This document shows, piece after piece, positions 48,024 to 62,502 of a stretch of 64,000 nt of DNA (positions are counted from its first letter, which is position 1; each line of letters opens with the position of its first letter). The stretch is from Octopus vulgaris. Lineage: Eukaryota. The stretch spans positions 91,450,001-91,514,000 of the forward strand of contig OX597822.1 of NCBI GenBank assembly GCA_951406725.2, written 5' to 3'. Made by a program: the position numbers and the translations under genes. The notes under the pieces were generated by a model that was not told the origin of the DNA, ran no database searches, and saw only the letters and a list, made by a program, of their open reading frames with translations.

Positions 48024-49382
48024 CTGGAATCATAAAAAAAAAAAAAAATGCACAAATTTTTGCAAAATATTAAGAATCTTAACTTGTGAAACCATTTAAC
48101 GAAATAAATTTGCATTTTTTGTATTTTTTACATCAATATAACTGTTATTAAAAATTAGCAATTAAGAGAAAAATATTTGATTCATTATTGTAGAATTAGA
48201 GCAATGATGCTTCATCACAACAATTTAAGCTTGAATTAATTTCCAAATTCAAACAATTACTAATGCTGAGAATAAAAAAGACAAGTCTGGAATCTATTAT
48301 CAATAAAATTTGTTTTGCGGTTAGTAAAAATATTTAAGTATCTCCAGACTAATATAAAGTAAAATGTATTTTTTTCAGAAGGTACCACTACCAAACATGA
48401 ATTTCTTTCTTCTTAATTAAATGAGGAACACTTCTTCACCTGGAGAGGGTACTATTCTATTCTAAATACTAAATGGACTTAAATGTCTTACTAGAGACAC
48501 AAACCATCTGCCCTGTGACATTAGAAAATAGTCTGATATTGTAATCATTTAGCCAATTCACCCCAATATTCAAAAATCTGATTAAAATTCTGTAAATGGT
48601 TACAAAACCTATAATAAAAAGTTATATAACTTTTTATAATAGGATTTGTACCCATTAGTTCAATATCAGTTAATTAGATTAATTGTGTTACTCCAACCAG
48701 ATCTTAAAACTTCTTCATATTTGAGTCATTAAAATATCTTATTAATTAGAGTATATTAATATAGCAAAAATATATCATGTTAATACATCTTAAAAATCAT
48801 TACTGAGTCATTTCAGTAAGTTATTGAAATATCAAAACTACTAAAATGAAGCATTTATGGGATTTGGATCAACTGACCCCAAAACATAGCTTCATTTTCC
48901 TATTGGAGCAACTTAGAAAAGGTATACACATCCCAATTTCCAATTTTATAACAGTTCATTAAGCAAATAATTTGATGAAAGATTGTTCAGACTGAAGTAC
49001 TGCAATACTAGGAGATTATGCAAATCATAGTGCTTCCACCACTTAAAAACTGATCTTCAATTTAGTAAATAAATATAAATAAATCAGTTATTAAAACAAA
49101 ATTCTGACCTTGTTCGAAAGCAAATCTTAAAGAATAAAAATCTGTCAAAGTTAAAAGAAAGCATTCCTCATTGTTGCTCAATTTACCTATAGTTTTCCAG
49201 ACTTATTTAGAATATTAAAAGCATTTTATTACAACACAATTAGCTTGGATAAAATTTAAAAATAAAGAAACATTTTAAATTAACAATCTGTGTAAGCATG
49301 CAGAATATGTTTGTTTCTTAAAATGATATATCATTGAATATCATATATGTATTTTTCTTCAAAATAAATATCTGCATAAATG

Positions 49383-49426
<44 letters not shown>

Positions 49427-49872
49427 CAATTCATGGTCTCAGGAAATTACAAGTAGGAAGTTTTTAAAAAATTAGAAAATGCAATACCAAAGTAATGAAT
49501 TCCAAATCAAAAGTAGATCAAAAGTAGAAATTACATGCAAGAAACAACCATGCAAGGTGTAAAATATATAACAAAATAATCATGTTGTTTACCACAACCA
49601 GTTCTTACCTAAGCTGGTTTTAGTAGCTGATTTGGAAAATTTAAAGATATTTTTCCATGGTTGCCATATCTCTTTTTACATTGATTCCACAATGCTTACT
49701 ATCTATATATAATTCATTCAGATATAATTTTAATAATGCTAACAATGCTAATTCGTTTGAGAGAATATCTTTAATATAATTTAGTGACATTTAAGGGTTG
49801 AAAAAATTACAAGCTACTTAGGACATTAAGATAGTATCTAAATCTTTAAAATAAACAAAGAAGAGAATTTAC

Positions 49873-49913
49873 TTTCTCTTATAACAATTGTTCCAGATGG
49901 AGAAGGTGTTCTC
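49873..49913 (-). CDS. Candidate 41-nt micro-exon (RTPSPSGTIVIRE) of the minus-strand gene
   Basis: Good acceptor (ttttttaatccccag) and donor (gtaaat), but its exit phase does not match the exon at 48023. Confidence 0.2.
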
Positions 49914-50980
49914 CTGGGGATTAAAAAATAGTATGGAACAGCCATGTTGAAGTGGCAACAAACATTACTTGTCAATAATATTACCATAATATTAATATTA
50001 TTTTCATTTTCATTATTATTATTATTTTTAAATGCTGATGGAAAGTGGGACTGAAACTTGTGTAACAAACTGATTGTATTCAATTTTAAATTCCTCCCTC
50101 TATGTTTTGAGTTCAAATCCTGATGAGGTTGACATTACATTAATCCATTTGGAGACCATAAAATAAGTATGTCCTGATCTGAGATTGGTTCAGTTGATTC
50201 TACATGCCTGCCATACAAGTTTATGTAAAAAAATGGAAAAGTCTGTAGTGTGTATTCAATCCTACTGTGTAGCATCATGGGCATGTGTCTCTTCTACTTT
50301 AACTCTATGTTGAGGGAATTTGGTTGGCATAAACTGAAAGGAGCTCATCACATGTGTGTGTGTGTGTGTGTGTGTGTTCGTTCATACATTTACATGTGTA
50401 TGCATGTGTATGAATATTTACAAAACTGCACAGAATTACAGCTACTAATAGTTGAATTCATCATTTGCTGTTCAGCTGCTGACAGTGATATCATAGTTTG
50501 TAGTTGGATGACATTTGTTAATATTTACTGTCAACAAATAATAATCTACTAGCTTTGTACCTTCAAATTCCTCTGGAATAAAAAGTCCCTCCCTTGAAAA
50601 ACAGATAAGAGTTGGTGTGAAGAAGAACATCCTGCTGTCAAAATCCTGCCTCAATTTTATTCCTAAGGGAGGTAGGATTTCCATGTTAACATGGAAAAAC
50701 AGATGTTAAACAGAACAAACAAATAAGCAATAAAAACTGAAAATGTCTGAAAAGAAAAACTATGAACATTGCAATTCTCTAATCTTTGCACCTATAATTC
50801 TAACATTTCAAAGGAACTTAATCATATTGATTTGGCACAAGGCCAGTAGTTTCAGGAAAGGGATTAAGTTGACTACATTGACTCCAGTGAAAGGAACTTA
50901 ATCATATTAATCAATATCAAATATTTTTCTATTCCCTTGCACAATTCAAATGTATGATGAGAAAAAGAGAGCAAGAAAAA

Positions 50981-50988
50981 GAGAGAGG

Positions 50989-51072
<84 letters not shown>
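50981..51072. repeat. (GA)n microsatellite
   Basis: Direct reading. Confidence 0.95.
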
Positions 51073-51076
<4 letters not shown>

Positions 51077-51819
51077 AGAACAAGAATACTGTTGAAAAGT
51101 GTAAGGAATCTGCAAATATATTCAGCTTTGGTTGAGAAATTCCACTCCATCTATAACTCATGTCGAAGTCAATAACCTGAAGAGGTATGAGTGCCTCTGT
51201 GCTGATCTGCTCTTGATGCTACATGAAAATGATTTTGTTGTCCCAATAACTCATTTAAAGTAATGGACTGTAATGCGCAAGTGCATCCACCCACACACTA
51301 CAGACTTTGAGAAAGCTGATCAATATTGTTTTAATGAAGAATTAGTAAAATAATGGATATTACTGGTTTTCAGGAAGGAGAAGAAAATGTAATAACTATA
51401 GAAATATTAATGTAACTACAGCATTATGCCTTTCAATAGTGTATATACATTTTGTATGATACACAGATATACATTTAGTATGATGGTTTATATACATTTA
51501 ATATGATACAATTTCAATATAACTCATTTTTGTTGCTGTTCTTAGTTCATCTAGATTGAACAAGACTATGATAAAAGGCCTTCCAACCATGATCATTCTG
51601 TATTTTAAGGGGAATGTAGGATTATTACATTATTCAATTACTTTCTTTGTTTCAGATAGTGAAATACTATTTGATGGTTCCTATTTCTATGATCACATCT
51701 GGCCATCTAGAGGCTGTCCTATTAGCTTGGTTGGATAAGATAGCTGTTATTTTTCATTGAAAACTACATACTCTGAGTTAAAATCTCATGGGTCTCTAAA
51801 TGCAGTTAACAAGCATGGT

Positions 51820-51940
51820 GCATATGTAGTTGTGTAATAAGAAGATTACTTCTCGACCATATGATTCTGGGTTCAGTCCCACTGTATGGCACCTTGGTCT
51901 TCTACTATAGCCTTGGGCTGGCCAAAGCCTTGTGAGTGTC

Positions 51941-51987
<47 letters not shown>

Positions 51988-52190
51988 TTTTATTTATTTA
52001 TATGTGTATCTTTGTCCTCCACCAGTGTTGGTGGTGTTTATGTCCCTGTAACTTAGCACTTAGCAGCTCAGCAAAAGAAACTGATAGAAACCAGGCTCAG
52101 CAAAATAAGTTCTGGGGTCGATTTGTTCAACTAAAACATTTCAAGGCAGTACCCCAGCATGGCCACAGTCAAATGACTAAAACAAGTAGG
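51820..52190 (+). mobile_element. tRNA-derived SINE (family A), diverged
   Basis: GGGTTCAGTCCCACTG..CTACTATAGCC..CCAGCATGGCCACAGTCAAATGACT. Confidence 0.8.
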
Positions 52191-52599
52191 TAAAATGGGT
52201 AAAAAGTAACAGAAAACCTGGAGGGAATTAATAGAAGTTATTGTTAGAAATATGGCAGAAGTGAATCTAATGGATTGATGATTGGCAGTAAAAGAATAAT
52301 ATTGATATTTTTATCAAATCATACTTGTTATGCCATAAAAATACCTAATGAGTATAATATTATTAAATTCATTCGATGAAAATGCAATCCCTTTACAATA
52401 AAGCTTGATTTATAGCTATTCTTCCATAATACCTTGTTAGTGTGCACTATTGAATCTTAACTTCATAAATTGGCACTGGCATTGCCTTATATCCATAACT
52501 GTCAATCACCCATACCTCTTAAATGTAAATAAGTACCATGTATAAGTCATCACTGTAAGAATTAGAGTTGGAATTTTTCTTTAGTTCATGCTTTAATTA

Positions 52600-53755
52600 A
52601 CAGTCCAAACAAATTACACAGGAAAAGCATTTATTCATCAAAATATGTCCCTTTGTATTCCACTGTCTGTTGCCATATTTGTGCCAGATGCTCAACTCCA
52701 CAATAATACCATTTGGCTGGTTTAGAAACAAAACACTCCCCGCACCCATTTTCAACCATTGTTGAACCTCTGTCTGTGCAGGAAAGGAACCATGGTTCAG
52801 AAAAGGTAGTAATTTGATGGTGCACAATCTAGACTGTAGGTAGGGTGTGGCAGTACTTCCAGCTCCTCAAGTTCCTCAACTTTGAGCTTAGTCACATTGG
52901 CATTATGTGCTGGTGCTGTCATGTCTTTGACCAATCCTGAGTAGCAGGCTTTCAAAGGATCATACACTCACTGTAGTTGTTGAGCATAAAGATTAGTGTT
53001 CACAGTATGACCATCTGGGATAAGCTCAAAGGGCAATATCCCCTCAAAATTCCACCAAACAGACAACACAACAATCTGTTTTGAAGCCTGGCTGGAACAA
53101 AGCCACTGATGTCTCTTATGAAAATAGATTCCTTTTTCATTTCCAGTTACAATTCAATGCCGAAAATAGGCATCTCAGGGATTTGCAGCAGTTGTTTGCA
53201 AATGTCCACATGTCACTGAATCTGGCCATTCATCACTTCATGTGAAGTTTCTTGACAGCATCTGTTCACAAGGCTGAGCTTATGGAGGTGAGGATTGATG
53301 GTGCTTTGTGAAAGACCATGTCTTGCTGACAATGTATGAGCACTTGAGCTTGGTTGTTGTTCAACCATTTCAAGCAGGCTTCATCTTCCACAACAGAAGG
53401 CCTCCCTCCCTGAGTTTAGCTTGTCTTTGAGGCTGGTGTCACCTTCCTTGAAATGTCTAAACCAATTTTGTGCATTCCATGTCATTAATTTCTTTTCCGG
53501 CTGCCCTTGCACAAAGTCCTTTTTTCCATAGGTAGTGTAAAATGGCCCTAATTGCAATTTTTTCACCACTCATTATCAAAGCTATAAAATAAAGAATCAA
53601 CATATATATGAAAGTAAAGAATAAATGATTTGGAAATGCACTAACTGGACAACAAATTGCATCAAATTAATGATATAACAGGAAGATACCATTTGCCAAA
53701 AGTTATCAGTGAAAACTGAAAAAAAAACCCCAAATACTTTTCACTCAAGCTGGTA
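52600..53755 (-). mobile_element. Decayed mariner transposon
   Basis: QNWFRHFKEGDTSLKD..SGR, VTGNEK, VWWNFEG, PHP..SLD.APSNY, WQQTVEYKGTYFDE remnants. Confidence 0.8.
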
Positions 53756-55679
53756 GTTTTATTAGCTTGTAGTACTGTTTAACCCAATTTCAGTCCTAAC
53801 TGAGCAAACCTATGATCAAAGACACTTCAACCATGACCAGCCATTATATAGAATTACATTATCCAATGTGTCCTTTCCTTATTTAAGAGAGTAAAGTGTA
53901 ATTTGAGGGAGATTTGACTACTATTTCTAGTACATTAAGCAACCATGTTGGCTCAATGATAGTAATCTACTCCAGCATAAAGCTTCAATAAGTCCTTACT
54001 CATCTTGATCAGTCTTTGTATTGGATCTGAACATCCATTAAAACTAATATCTTATTTGAATACAAGGATTCTAACAACAATGAATGTGTGTGTATGTATA
54101 TGTATGAATGTATGTGTGTGGGTGTGCAATATACACAAAACCAGCTTCAAGTGAAACACAATGAAGTAAGCATTATTTTACTGCTGTTTTGTAAGAATTT
54201 ATTTGAAGTTTAAAAATAATCTGAGTAATACTTTGCCTCATACATTTCTACAAATGTAAGATAAACATACAAATTAACTAAGGAACTCTAATGGTCAACT
54301 AACTTGTAGGAAATATGAGTTAAATCTGTCCCAAATTTCACCCTGCAGTCTTTAAAAATAGGAAAGATGGACATTACATAACGTACTGTTGGATATACAA
54401 AATGGCAAGAGTGTCACTATTGGAACATGAGTTTTATTATAATTCTGTTTGATCAAGGTTGACTTGAGGCTATACAACTATAATCTACACATATAACATT
54501 TTTATCAAAGTAGTTCAGGTGATTTAAATAGACACTGTATTTTATTATTGAGTAATGCTCATAACTTACACTTGCCTCAAACCATTTAGCTGGAAAATAG
54601 GCATTATTATGATATATTGATGCAAACATTAATAACTAATCAGCAAAAATGAAAATGTAAAAGAAACGAAGGAAATTCAGGAAATTCAGCACATAGTACA
54701 TTGATGTACGGAAACAAAGGTATTCACTGAAATTAATGTAACAAAATATCAATACAAATTGTTTTAGATGAGGTATTAACTCTTTCATTACTCTATTTCT
54801 TATAAAATTACTAAGAATTTAGTTGCATTCAGTAAAATGACTTCCACATTTATTTCTTTTTAAAGCTGATGTTCTAAGAACATGTTCTGAAATAAAATTA
54901 TGAAGGAAGATTTTAATTTGAATATGAACACTTTAAAACAAAAAGTGTTACATCAAAGGGACAGGGAGAATCTCAGAATAATTGGTTATCAAAAGAGTTA
55001 AGGATGCTTCTGAGTTGGTAAAACTGTTACACCAGAAATCCATTCTTAATCATAAAAAAAATTAAAAATTAAGGCCTGGTGCTTGAAGAACAACATGATC
55101 AACAGACTGTGAAAAAAAAAAAATGACATTTTTTAAACACTATTTAATTTGTGATATGTATATTATAGGTTTCTAATGAGCCAGTCGTTTGATTACTCTA
55201 TTTCCGATGGTAAAGTTGAGAAGGAGGCCATTGCAATTTGGTGGACATCATTTTTGTTGACCCATCCTCAAAACACATACAATGGGCTTCCACACAAATT
55301 CAATTCCTAAGCTACTTCAGAGTTCAGTGGAAGACACATGCCCAGTGTGCTATACAGTATGATTGAATCTGGAATCATATGACTGAGGAGTGAACTTAAT
55401 CACACCTGCATTGATCTATACTCGTGATTAATTGGATTGAAGTTGTGTATATCCATTGATCATATTTATGTGATGGTCTCTAAACCATCAGATAAAGATG
55501 ATGAATGTATCAGAAGTAGCACAAAAGGGACATGGACATGAGAACATCAACTAAATTATATATATTAGGGAGGAGGAGCTACAGACTTGTGACATAGAGG
55601 GCTACTGGGAATTCCTGTGGGACAGCTTGCTGGGTGTCACAGACCAAATCTGTGGCTGGTGCTAAGTCCCATCCACACC

Positions 55680-55945
55680 TAGGGTGATGTGATGGTGGAA
55701 TGATGCTGTAGACAGTGCCATTAGAGCAAAGAAACAGGCCTAGAAGAGTGAGGGTAGCAGGGAACTGTATCAGATAGCCAGATGGGAAGCTAGGAGACAG
55801 GTATATCTAGCCAAAGGAGAAGTAACGTGAGGACCAAAGATTTGAAGTTGTTTTGGATTACAAGACAATGTGTGAGAGAAAATTGTGATGTCATAGGAGA
55901 GAAATGTGTCCTTATGGATGATGGCGCACATGTATTTAATGATTC
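55680..55945 (+). mobile_element. RTE LINE fragment
   Basis: Homologous to 35075-35370 (RQCVRENCDVIGEKC). Confidence 0.75.
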
Positions 55946-56316
55946 ATTTAATAGAGTTATTTCCTGTCTTTTTCCTTACGTGCCTGTTATAGACATTCCT
56001 AATTTCTCTATAAATTCAAATGTTATTTTTTAAAAATACCACTTGTTTGATATGTTGCTTAGATTCATCATTATCAAGATTTTATCTCATCTGTTTATAC
56101 CTGTTTAAGATTTTACTTGAAGATGGTGGATTATATGTTATGATGTAATCTACAAATACATTAATAAAATTCTACTAAAATAGCTGTCATAAATTTTAAA
56201 CCCCACTTGTGTTCTTTTTATACGTGTATACATATATACAAACAAATACATAAATATATCCTTATACACACATATATACATATATATAAACATATATATA
56301 TATATATATACATAAT

Positions 56317-56365
<49 letters not shown>

Positions 56366-56379
56366 TACAAACACATACC

Positions 56380-57585
56380 TCAGGTCTTTAAGAATGAAAT
56401 GTCCAATTTTCTTAAGCACCACATTTGACAGTCGATCCTGACAATTCTTTGTTTTACAATGTTGAAGAGTTACATCATCACTTTTCAAAATGCAATTCAT
56501 GGTGTCTGATTATATTGTAAGTTTTCCCTTGTAAATCAGTTTTTATGATCCCATGGATAGAGCAAAAATTCATATTGCTTATGAATATGAGTTCTGTCAT
56601 GGAACCAATGCATTCTGGACAAATCGAAACATCAATGAGGTGTTCAGTGAAGATGTGGCAAATGAGCACACTGTATGTTGACGGTTTGAGAAGTTCTGGT
56701 CTGGTGACCTTACTTTTGAAAATCAGCTCCGTGGTAGACCTGAGTCCAAGGTGGATAATGATGAACTGGAAACTGTAGTGGAAGCGAATACATTTCAAAC
56801 TACACATGAGTTAGCAGCAAGGTTTGATGTTTCAATTCCAACTGTATTGGATCAAGGTAAAGAAGCTGGACAGGTAGGCGCCACACGAACTGAACGAGCA
56901 TCAAATGACATGTCATCATTTTTGTATTGTATTGTTATGTGTGATGGAAAATGGATTCCTTTCAACAATAACAAGTGTTCTACATGGTGGTCGGATGGAA
57001 ACAATGCCAAAACACAATCCGAAAAAGAATATTCACCAAAAAAAGCTAATGGTCTCTGTTTGGTGGTCCAGCGCTGGTGTCATTCACTACAACTTTATGA
57101 GACCTGGTAAGTCAATTACAGCAGATGTATACATCAACCAATTGGGTGAAATGATGAGTGAACTTGCAATTAAACAACCAAGATTGGTTAATAGAGACCG
57201 GCCAATTCTCTTGCAAGACTAAGCTCAACCACATGTTGCACAAAGAAAGCTATTCAAATTATAGGAACTGAACCTGGAAGTACTCTGTCATCCACCATAT
57301 TCACCAGACCTTGCACCAACTGACTACCATGTTTTCCAGGTATTAGACAACTTTTTGCAAGGGAAAAATTTCAAATCTGAAGATGAAAAAACAGCCTTTC
57401 ATGATTTCATCATTTCTTGCTCTCCAGAATTCTTCACTGCCAGTATAAATAAGCTACCAATAAAATGGCAAAATTGTGTTGATAATTTAGGTGCATACTT
57501 TGATTAACTGCATAGCTTTTTGTTGAGATAAAGTAAAATAAAATTTCAGTTCAAAATCGGACATTTCACATTCTTAATGACCTGA
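56380..57585 (+). mobile_element. Mariner transposon with both TIRs (Hsmar1/cecropia-like), defective
   Basis: TIRs TCAGGTCTTTAAGAATG / CATTCTTAATGACCTGA; DGKWI, HQKKLMVSVWWS, PILLQD*, HPPYSPDLAPTDYH motifs with stops and frameshifts. Confidence 0.92.
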
Positions 57586-57623
57586 AATATATATATATAT
57601 ATACACACACATTTATATACATA

Positions 57624-57659
<36 letters not shown>

Positions 57660-57769
57660 ATACATAAACATACATATATACAGACATATATATAAATGGA
57701 TGTAAACATAAATGCACATATGTATAAAGGGACACATACACACACACATATATTATCTTTTATGTTTTT

Positions 57770-58168
57770 TTCTTGTTTCAGTCATTAGACTGTAGCCAAT
57801 CTGGGGCACCACCTTGAATTTTTAGCTGAATGAATTGACCCTAGTACTTCTTTCTTAAGCCTGGTACTTATTTTATCGGTTTGTTTGGTTGAACCACTAA
57901 GTAACGAGAATGCAATACACCAAAACTGGCTGTCAACTGGTGGTGATGGTGGTGGGGACAAACACAGACATACACACATAGAAAAACATACATATGTATA
58001 TATGACAGGCTTCTTGCAGATTCCATCTTACAAATTCACTCATCCGAGTGGATTGATCCGAGGCTATAGTAGAAAACACTTGGCCAAGGTGCTATGCAGT
58101 AAGATTAAACCTGGAAGCATGTGATTGGGAAGCAAGCTTTTTAACCACACAGCCATGCTTGTACCTGC
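57770..58168 (-). mobile_element. tRNA-derived SINE (family A), diverged
   Basis: Homologous to 24468..24870. Confidence 0.75.
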
Positions 58169-58610
58169 AAACATATAAAGAGGGATGCTAAAAAATATGT
58201 TGATGAACAGACGTATGCTCTTATAAAGACACTTATGTATAAACAGTAAATCTGTACACCTACCCAACTGTATGCATCCACATGCACATGGATGCAGCTT
58301 ATAGACATAAAGATAATTCACAACTTCACCCAGTCATAGTCTGACACCAACACATATGCCCAGCCATACAGACAGACAGACAGACAGACACACACACACA
58401 CACACACATAACTATATAAACAAGCATATTTACATAAATACATACACACACACAAAGATGTATGTATATATAAGCGTGTATATAAACATACATATGTGTA
58501 TGTATACATACACATAAACATATATATATACATATGCATACATACTTATACAATATATGGATATGCTCATGTATACATACATATATACAATTGCTCATGT
58601 ATATAATTAC

Positions 58611-58715
<105 letters not shown>

Positions 58716-59285
58716 TACACACAAAGACATACACTAACAGAAGATACGTACACATAAAAATATATACAAATATACATGCATGTAACATAATTAACTACAT
58801 AAATAAGACCAATAAAAATAAAACACACATATATAAACACACACATACATATGGAGTCAAATATAACTACATATATACACACATACATATGGAGTCAAAT
58901 ATAACTACATATATACAATATATGAATATAGACCCATATATAAATATAGACTCACCATTGTACATAAATATAAACACACACACACACACATGCTTAGATA
59001 CAAACATGCACACCTATGCATATACACATACAGATAGAGATGTACAAATGTACACACATATATCCAACTGAATATACATAACACATGGACATGTACACAC
59101 ATACACACATACATCCAGACAGACAGGCACATACAGATAGAGTGGAGGAGAAATACACAGATGAAGAAACAAAATGTTTAGGCATAAGATATGAAAATAG
59201 GAGGGTCACTTACTATTTATGTGAGACATATTTAAGTTTATTTTAGATTACATAAAATTCTACAACATATACATACACACATTAC

Positions 59286-59320
<35 letters not shown>

Positions 59321-59379
59321 TATATATACATACATGTACATACCTACATGTATATATACACACAAACATGCACATGCAT

Positions 59380-59535
59380 CTAGCCCTGTTCTCTTTAACA
59401 TCATGCCAAGAGACACAAGAGAAGAAAAAGATCTCATAACATTCAAATGGGTCCTCAATGAATATCTCCAAGAAATTCCAAATAAACTACCTACATCTGG
59501 ATATATCCTTGCTAACAATAACTTTTTATTTGAAT
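59380..59535 (+). mobile_element. CR1/L2-like LINE extreme 3' fragment
   Basis: PVLFNIMP..FKWVLNEYLQEIPNKLPT.GY..NN resembles CR1-group ORF2 C-termini. Confidence 0.55.
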
Positions 59536-59759
59536 GGTCTACGGTGACCCATATGCTTTTCACATGGCACTATCACCAGTGGTTTTTACATGGCATCAGT
59601 ACCAGTGCTTTTTATGTGACACGAGTACCAACATGAAACATTATTGTCTTTTCCAGGTGTTGCTATTAAGTTAGACATGGCTTGTGCCAATTCTGCTGAA
59701 ACTTATCTAGGTATTTAAGTATACATATCCAAATCAAAATCCAAATCCAAATCAAAATC

Positions 59760-60168
59760 GAAATCGAAATTGATCAACATCAATGGAAATTGTAGCTGTG
59801 ATACCAGTGCCGGTGGTATGTAAGAGAACCATCCGAACATGGCCGTTCCCAGCACCACCCTGACTGGCCTTGTGCCAGTGGCATGTAAAAAGCACCATCC
59901 GATCATGGCCGTTGGCAGCCTCGCCTGGCCCCCGTGCCGGTGGGATGTAAAAAACACCATCTGATCGTGGCCGTTTGCCAGCCTCGTCTGGCATGTAAAA
60001 AGCACCCACTACACTCACGGAGTGGTTGGCGTTAGGAAGGGCATCCAGCTGTAGAAACATTGCCAGATCAGACTGGGCCTGGTGCAGCCTTCTGGCTTCC
60101 CAGACCCCAGTTGAACCGTCCAACCCATGCTAGCATAGAAAGCGGATGCTAAACGATGATGATGATGA
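59760..60168 (+). mobile_element. RTE-related 3' end / SINE
   Basis: Reverse complement of the 13505 copy, with (GAT)n tail. Confidence 0.85.
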
Positions 60169-60187
60169 TATGTATATATATATATAT

Positions 60188-60880
60188 ATCATCATCATTT
60201 AACATCAATTTTTCATATTGGTATGGGTTGGATGGCTTAACAGGAGCTGGCAAGGTCAGGGGCTACACCAGGTCCCATAGTCTGTTTCGGCTTGGTTTCT
60301 ACAGCTGGATCTCCTTCCTAATGCCAACCACTTTACAGAGTGTGGACTGGGTATCTTTTATATGACACCAACATCAGTGCTTTTTACATGGTATCTGCAC
60401 CATTGATTTTTATGTGACACCAGTACCAATGCTTTTTATGTGGCACCTTGGTTCTAGGTTATTAATTCAGTTGTGGTGAGCAGGTCTTCTTGAGTACAAC
60501 AATGCACCACATATCTTGGTCCTTTGTCATCTCCTTTACAACACTCAGCATTTTGAGATCAGCCTTCAGTACTTCATCTCATGCATTCCTGGATTTTCCT
60601 CTTCCACAACTTCCCTTTCCCTTAAGTTATTGGCACACCTTTAAGTAACCGTTCTCATCCATCTGCATCATGTCTTGCACACTGCAACCAGTCCATTTTA
60701 TGCTTAACTTCTCTCTCAATACACTGGTGCTCTGTCACATGCACATTCACATAGTGCATCCAGCAGAGCAAATCAGCTTTGTTCCTCTGTAGTTCTCCCA
60801 TGTCCTCTGCATTCAGGGCCCATGTTTCACTACTATGTAGCATTGCAGTTTGCACACATACTCTCTGAACTTTTACCATC
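60188..60880 (-). mobile_element. Older RTE LINE 3' fragment with tail
   Basis: VCVQTAMLHSSETWAL C-terminal motif plus a diverged RTE-type 3' UTR. Confidence 0.7.
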
Positions 60881-60997
60881 TTATTCCTATTTTAGCAATT
60901 ACACTTTTGGTACATCCTTCTCAACTGCTAATTATGTCATCTCAGTAGCAGAAACTGTCTATTACTTCCGGAGAATCTCTGACACACACACACACAG

Positions 60998-61150
60998 GTG
61001 CAGGAGTGGTCATGTGGAAAGATGTTTGCTTCCCAACTACATGGTTCTGGGTTCATCCTACTGTGTGGCACCCTGGGCAAGTGTCTTCTACTATAGCCTT
61101 GGGCTGACCAAAGCCTTGTGAGTGGATTTGGAAGAAACTGAAAGAAGCTC
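60998..61150 (+). mobile_element. tRNA-derived SINE (family A) 5' part
   Basis: GGTGCAGGAGTGGTCATGTGG..GGGCAAGTGTCTTCTACTATAGCC. Confidence 0.8.
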
Positions 61151-61222
61151 ACTCTGTGGGTGTGTGTGTGTGTGTGTGTGTGTGTGCATGTATGTGTATA
61201 TATGTATGTATGTGTGTATATA

Positions 61223-61253
<31 letters not shown>

Positions 61254-61734
61254 GGTGAGACCCCTTTCGGTCATGACTGACCATAGGATTGCACCTAGAA
61301 AGTTACCCTCCCAGGCACAAGTCCAGGCAAGGTTGTTTATGAAAGATCAGCAGTTGCCCATGCATAATGGCCTCTCCTCTGTTTGTCAAACAATGGTAGG
61401 GGGACAAACACAGACACACAAATACATACACACACACTGTGACCGCGTGTGTACCGTTGGGGATTTTTTTCCCTCTGTCTTCCCTTCTCTGGATCTTTCC
61501 TTCTCCTATGTTTCCGACAAAGAGCTCCACTCGAAACATTAAACCCTCCTTCTTTCCTGAGTGTCCAATAATACTATATTTGTTCCACGTCCTCGCGTTG
61601 TTTTTTTTTGAGCTCTCATGCTTGGATTAACTTTATATATATATATATAATAATAATATTAGGGAATAAATCCAAACTTACAGGGAAAAATGAGATTTAG
61701 GATTAAATCCAATTTTATAGTATAAATATATTAT

Positions 61735-62330
61735 ATTATATTAAATTAGAGATAAAACCACTATTAGGCAAATCAAACAGTGAAAAACATAAGCCAATAC
61801 ATAAAATTAATTTAAAATATAAAAGTTAAAAATAAAAAATTATTTAAATAATTTAAACTTATAAATTTTATATATATATACAAATATATATATATATGTA
61901 TGCATGTATATTTTTATATTTATATATTATATTATTTTATTTATTAATTAATTAATTAATTAATTTATCTATTTATTTATTTATTTAATTTTTTTTTATA
62001 ATATCAAAAGTATTAAAAGTTTAATAAAAGATAAAGAGTAAAACACTATGATCGTTTCATGGCTGTACTAATTCGAATAACAATAATTTAAATTCAATTA
62101 ATAATTCGAGTTATGGTTACAGTCAATCTTCAGGTTAATTGAAATATTTTAAAAATAATCAGAAATATTTAAACAATATTTTTAAGATATAAATAATATA
62201 ATAAAATTAATTAATTAATAAATAATTTTTTATTTTTAACTTTTATATTTTAAATTAATTTTATGTATTGGCTTATGTTTTTCACTGTTTGATTTGCCTA
62301 ATAGTGGTTTTATCTCTAATTTAATATAAT
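61735..62330. repeat. Fold-back inverted repeat (about 110-bp arms) enclosing a hammerhead-like motif; probably Penelope-derived
   Basis: 61735-61846 mirrors 62219-62330; minus-strand CTGAAGA..GAAAC at 62053-62133. Confidence 0.85.
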
Positions 62331-62354
62331 ATATATATATATATATATATATGC

Positions 62355-62502
62355 GATGGGCTTCTTTCAGTTTTTGCCTACTAGATCCACTCACAAGGCT
62401 TTGGTCAGCCTGAAGCTATAGTAGAAGACACTTGCCCATGGTGCCACACAGAACCATGTGGTTGGGACGCAAGCTTTTTACCACACAGCTATTCCTGCAC
62501 CT
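62355..62502 (-). mobile_element. tRNA-derived SINE (family A) 5' part
   Basis: Homologous to the SINE A head. Confidence 0.75.

Noticed and set aside
49609-49702. Minus-strand 94-nt exon candidate with a strong GTAAGA donor that would repair the micro-exon phase
   Set aside because: It contains in-frame TAA stops in the required frame
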